This document shows, one piece after another, positions 35,199 to 39,593 of a stretch of DNA of 39,593 nt. The stretch comes from Perkinsus olseni (lineage: Eukaryota). A program made the translations under genes and the position numbers. Positions within the stretch are counted from its first letter, which is position 1. Every line of letters starts with the position of its first letter. The stretch covers positions 1 to 39,593 of the forward strand of contig JABANN010000321.1 in NCBI GenBank assembly GCA_013115125.1, read 5' to 3'. The notes beneath the pieces were generated by a model. It was not told the origin of the DNA and did no database searches. It worked only from the letters and a program-made list of their open reading frames with translations.

Positions 35199-35820
35199 TT
35201 TGACGTTACGGCGTGTGGAGACTAGAAGCAGAAGTGGTCGGCAAGTGGTCTGCGTTTGGCCTGAAAGAGGCCGCCCCCGTGACTGTATCTGGCGCGGCAA
35301 TAGGAGACATTTGCTGGATCGGTGTCACACCGCATTACGGTTACCTGATGTTCAAGGTGTGATGCGCCTCGGCGCATCCTCGTTGTTGATCGAGGTACGG
35401 TAGGCAGGGAGCAGGGCCGCCAGGGGTAGGCAGGGTCGAGGCACAGTAGTTTATCGCAGTAGGCAATTCATTCTGCCGATCCCATGCGTCATCCGCATGC
35501 GGATCCTCTGGCAAAAATGCTAAAAGGTCGGTTTCTCCCACCCCGCACAATGTATCATACTTTGTGCGGGGTGGGATTGCACAATACATTATGGATAGTA
35601 TTGGTGTGTACCCGAATTGAAGCCGTATTTCCGTCGCTGCACAAAACCTGCCTCTCGTATGAGCGATTTTTCCTGCCTTGCGTGCGCGCTGCAATGTAGC
35701 GGCTGCATCATAGCATTCTGTTGATGGATAGGTGACGAACTTCAACGGTTGGAGCGTGACCCTTGCAGATAGCTCAAGTCTCCATACGCGCCACTGTAGG
35801 CCATTGTGGTTCCAATGTAG

Positions 35821-35842
35821 GTGTAGCAGCTACACTGTAGCT
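35821..35842. mobile_element. 22-bp scar, 8-mer GTGTAGCT
   Basis: gtgtagc agctacac tgtagct. Confidence 0.75.
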
Positions 35843-36868
35843 GGTAGACTCTAGCTTATTATTAACAGAGAGTCTCTGTCAGGGACTATGATAGCGATAT
35901 GCTGCAATTCTCAATGATCAATATTAGTGATCAGTACTCCTATGATTCATAGTAGTTCAGACATCTGAGTTATTGTAAGGGAACTTGAGGTATAATTCTA
36001 CTATCGATCGAACAATGTGTACGGCGTATTGTAAGTTTTCCAGTTCGGCTGCTGTTCTTGCCGAGAACTCCTTGATGGGAGGTGAGTGGGGGAAGGTTCT
36101 TCCCCCACTCACTATGATATGTTTCCGGGAAGTGTATCACCGTCTTGGAAGCGGCTTCCCCTCCGAGACTATGGTATGGTCCGAGGCTAAGGATGGCAAA
36201 GCTATGAATATCCACGTCTCATGAAGCCTTCTAACTCTACGACGTCGAGTCGTCCTCACTTCGCGTTAGAGCGGCGCCAGAAGGTCAGCGACCACTATCT
36301 AGGGCATTCTTCCAACCACTAATCAGACTGAGGAGTTTGAGAGAAATGGTGTCGTTCCATTGAAGGGAGTTCAAGTTTGACAGTTCTTGGGGTCTGCTCG
36401 TGCACTGCAAGACGTGCAGCAAGGCCAAACCAGCAGCTTCGCTCGGCAGAGGGTAAAAACATTCTTACTTCTCCCAATGAAAATTGGGAAATTTCTCGCT
36501 ATTTTTCCCGGGAATTCTTATTCCCGCGAGCCCTAGAGAGGCTAGGCGGCGCCTGAACTCTTCACACAAGGTCGAACAACCGCGTGGAAGCCTTGTTATA
36601 TACGAGCGACCCTTTAGGAAGCACAAGTATCACGGCGAAGTAGCTGCGCTCGGAGTGACCGCAGCCCAGGATGCCCCCATGAGGAGCGGCCTGCGCTTGA
36701 TGAACACGAATGGCACTTCACCACACAAGGCAACTAACGAAGATTTCTCAGCGAAAAAGAAACGGCAATAGCGAGATACGAGAATTGGTCGTATCTGAGC
36801 CGCAGCTGAGAAGATGCAGTACGCAGACCACTAGTTAAAAAAGTAGTAGGAAGTTAAAGAAGAGATGT

Positions 36869-37333
36869 TTAAGGCCGCCTCCCTAGAGCGGAGTGCAGTT
36901 CCGCACGGATGTACCTGGTGACTCCTCTTTCCCAGAACATGGTGATGATATCCGCCGGGATGAAACGCTGCAATACCGAGTATGTTATATCAGTAGCGAC
37001 GGTGTCCAGCTCAACCGCGAGGGCAGGTGGCAGTTCCAATATCGCAGCATTCTCAAGTTTCAGGGTGGTCTGATCGTCCATAGTATACAGGGTAGAGAAG
37101 AATCCTGAGTTGGTGATAGCGTCGTTTAGGATGAAGGCGACGCTGCACTCGCCTTCCTCTGTGACGCCGAAGTCGATTATCTTGACTGGAGGGTCGATGG
37201 TTTCAATAGGAGTGCCAGGCGTCGCTTCCTTGGTGTATATCAGGTAGGTGCCGGACAGGCATTCCTGTGCAACGCAGGAGAGTGATAGGATACAGAATAT
37301 CAGACCGAAGATGAGGTGAGAGGGAGTTGTCAT
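36869..37333 (-). CDS. Small secreted hypothetical protein (154 aa)
   Basis: Clean ORF with signal peptide (LIFGLIFCILSLSCVA); a paralogous fragment lies at 39325-39510. Confidence 0.7.
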   Translation of the reverse strand: MTTPSHLIFGLIFCILSLSCVAQECLSGTYLIYTKEATPGTPIETIDPPVKIIDFGVTEEGECSVAFILNDAITNSGFFSTLYTMDDQTTLKLENAAILELPPALAVELDTVATDITYSVLQRFIPADIITMFWERGVTRYIRAELHSALGRRP

Positions 37334-39324
37334 AGTGACTGTTGCCGAAAAGCTGCAGAGAGTTCACTATCGTCGACGTATCCTAGGTCGACTGCCATGA
37401 TTGGTCGCTGAAACTCCCACACCGCAGCGGGGACACCTAAGGTTGGCAAAGGCGAAGCGAGCGGGCACTGCCGAGTCGTGGACCGGGGGTGACGCAGTGA
37501 ACACGTGCGCACGCAAGTAGCGACATATCGGCGGCCGGGGCGGCGGCCCATCTTGGTCACTGAGGATGGGCTCTCTATCCGGTCTAATGGCATATGTAGC
37601 TGATCATGCTCGACATTTCCGCCGCTCTCCGACCTATCCGGCCGGCGAGAGGGGGGAGGTGGTGACGGCTGATCGGTTACTTCCGCGAACAAGAACGCTA
37701 GCAAGCGGTCTCGTCCCGGGACATCGTGCCACCGCGGGACATGCTCTGTCGCTGCAGCCATCACGTTACCACGGTGAGCTTCAACAGTCTTGCTCAACAA
37801 GCCACATGGTTAAGACAAAGGCGAAGATAAGTCCTCCCGAAAATCACACCCCGAGCCTGCGGTTCTCATATCATTCTCTGGTGATGAGGTTCCGTAATCA
37901 TTGCGCGGCGCAGCTGGGGCCACATGGCCAAAATTGCCGCCGGCCACCCCTTCCTCACACTGCCTGTTCCGCACCTTAGAAGTTCCAAGTTAGAACCAAC
38001 CCGGAGACCTTCAGTTTCGAAGCTGAAAGCTCTACCGGCTCGCCTATTTTCATCACCTAAAAGCCTTCGTAAAGCGTTGCAAGTTTCCTCCCGCAGTCTC
38101 GTATTCAGCCCACTGACGTAGGTTTTCTAGTTATTCAAAAAGTATGTTGAATGGCCAGTATGATAATGGTTTTCCTCATTTCACTGAGTGAAGGGCAGCC
38201 ATACGGCTGGTGTGTTTTTTTGACCGTGGAAATGGTCAAGAGCCATAGGTTAGTACGGCAAATTATCGTATACTGTTGACCCCTGTTGACCCAAGTCGGG
38301 TTACCCAACAGCAACCCGTAAACCTTCTTCCGTGGGTGACCGCGGAGCACTGTGGATGCGCGGGGCGATACATCGGCCATTCATCGGGCTGGTGAGGGAC
38401 GACGGAGTCACCTGCAGTACATAAGATGGAACCAAGTCCCGGGAATAATTCCTCCGCGTTTGTCTACTCCACGTGGTTTTTGAGTTGCTTGATGTCTCGA
38501 TGCTCTTCATTAATCAGGCGTGTACGAACTGTGAACTGAATGGGAAATTTACGACGCTTCACTGTGCCAATTATTAGTGTATGATATTGAAGTATACCAG
38601 CTTAGGGTCACCCAGCTTATGGTAACCATTCTTGAGTAAACTAGGCTGCCGTGCAAGAGTTCCCAGTGTACGAGATATCAGAGGAATGTACCTCAGCGAA
38701 CGAGCTTTTAGTATACGAGATGATGACTTCCTCAGTGGAGTGCGAGTTTCCTGTCAACGAGATTTATGTTCACGGATCGGTGTAGACTCGTTCTGAAACG
38801 ATGACCAGAAGCAGGTTCAGCCCATGGTTCTCCCTTCCTGATCATCTTGAATACCCGGGGCAGGCCGAAGGGTTACGACAGGGGTATCGCGAAAGATTTG
38901 GGGGTGAACCCCAAATCTCATCTCAAGCGAGAAATAGTTTGGAGAAATAGTAAACCCCCCGTAGACTAGTACTAGGTGTTAGGCGGTCCCCCGTGAACTC
39001 TCGACGCAAGCTCCAAACAAACGTGAGGAAGCCTTGGTGTATACGAGCTTCCTTTTAGGAAGCACACGTACGGCGAATCAGCAGGCTCGGAGTGACAGCA
39101 CTACCCAGGATGTCACTCTGAGCAGGCCGCGCTTGGTGAACGCGAATGACGGTTCACCACGAAAGGCTGATAACGAAGATATCTACAGAAAAAATGTCTA
39201 CTTTAGTAGAGCGGCAATAATGGGACACGGGATATTCAGAGCCATCGGTGAAAAAATGCGGTCCGCGGACCATTAGTTTCGAAGTTGAAGAAGAAAAAGT
39301 CACCATGAAGCAAGCTTATAGGCC

Positions 39325-39510
39325 TCAGTGCAGAAAGACACGGACATACTCAGCAGATCCTCTTGCCCAGAGCATTGTGATTGTACCGGGCTGCAATACC
39401 GATAGGGTTATATCAGTAGCACGGCCGATGTCATCTTTAAAGGGGGATGGCACTCTGCCAACCGTGCTGAGCTTTAAGAAAGCTGCACCATCCACAGTAT
39501 ACACTAGTAA
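39325..39510 (-). pseudogene. 3' fragment of a paralog of the 36869-37333 protein
   Basis: YTVDGAAFLKL...ATDITLSVLQ..ITMLWARG..YVRVFLH* aligns to YTMDDQTTLKL...ATDITYSVLQ..ITMFWERG..YIRAELH. Flanking DNA 39020-39300 also resembles 36580-36860. Homology is lost upstream of about 39510 (insertion or intron). Confidence 0.55.
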
Positions 39511-39593
39511 TAACGAGTATTCGCTAGCTAGGCCTATTGTTGGTGATATTGCTTTGAATGGGAGTCGTGCTCCAGGGCGCGCGCGTTAGAATA

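Noticed and set aside
1-39593. Perkinsid/dinoflagellate spliced-leader relics (CCGTAGCCAT..TGGCTCAAG)
   Set aside because: No convincing match seen by eye on either strand; only a short TTGAGCCAA at about 23646

Overview
Eukaryotic, intron-rich genomic DNA. It is most likely a perkinsid alveolate (Perkinsus-like); this is inferred from short GT-AG introns, gene families and lineage-type secreted proteins, not from a search. Genes: a disrupted alpha-carbonic anhydrase (minus strand), two tandem PAF-acetylhydrolase-like genes, four Cof-type HAD-IIB hydrolase copies (two apparently intact, two broken), a degenerate GH18 chitinase-like gene, a TMEM208/SND2-like gene plus a truncated duplicate, a type I DnaJ, and several secreted hypothetical proteins or pseudogenes. 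The main unexplained signal is a stereotyped 22-bp scar found perfectly 14 times (plus at least 5 one-mismatch copies), each with a different core sequence. For an 8-mer T the scar is T[1-7] + revcomp(T) + T[2-8], a net +14 bp micro inverted triplication. Removing two such scars from the carbonic anhydrase restores the frame at both lesions. The geometry matches hAT-type excision through flanking-DNA hairpins followed by near-deterministic repair. Introns and spacers also carry many tRNA 3'-half/B-box fragments, a TATCTTAGGTTGA motif and a small palindromic AGAATCGATTCT element.
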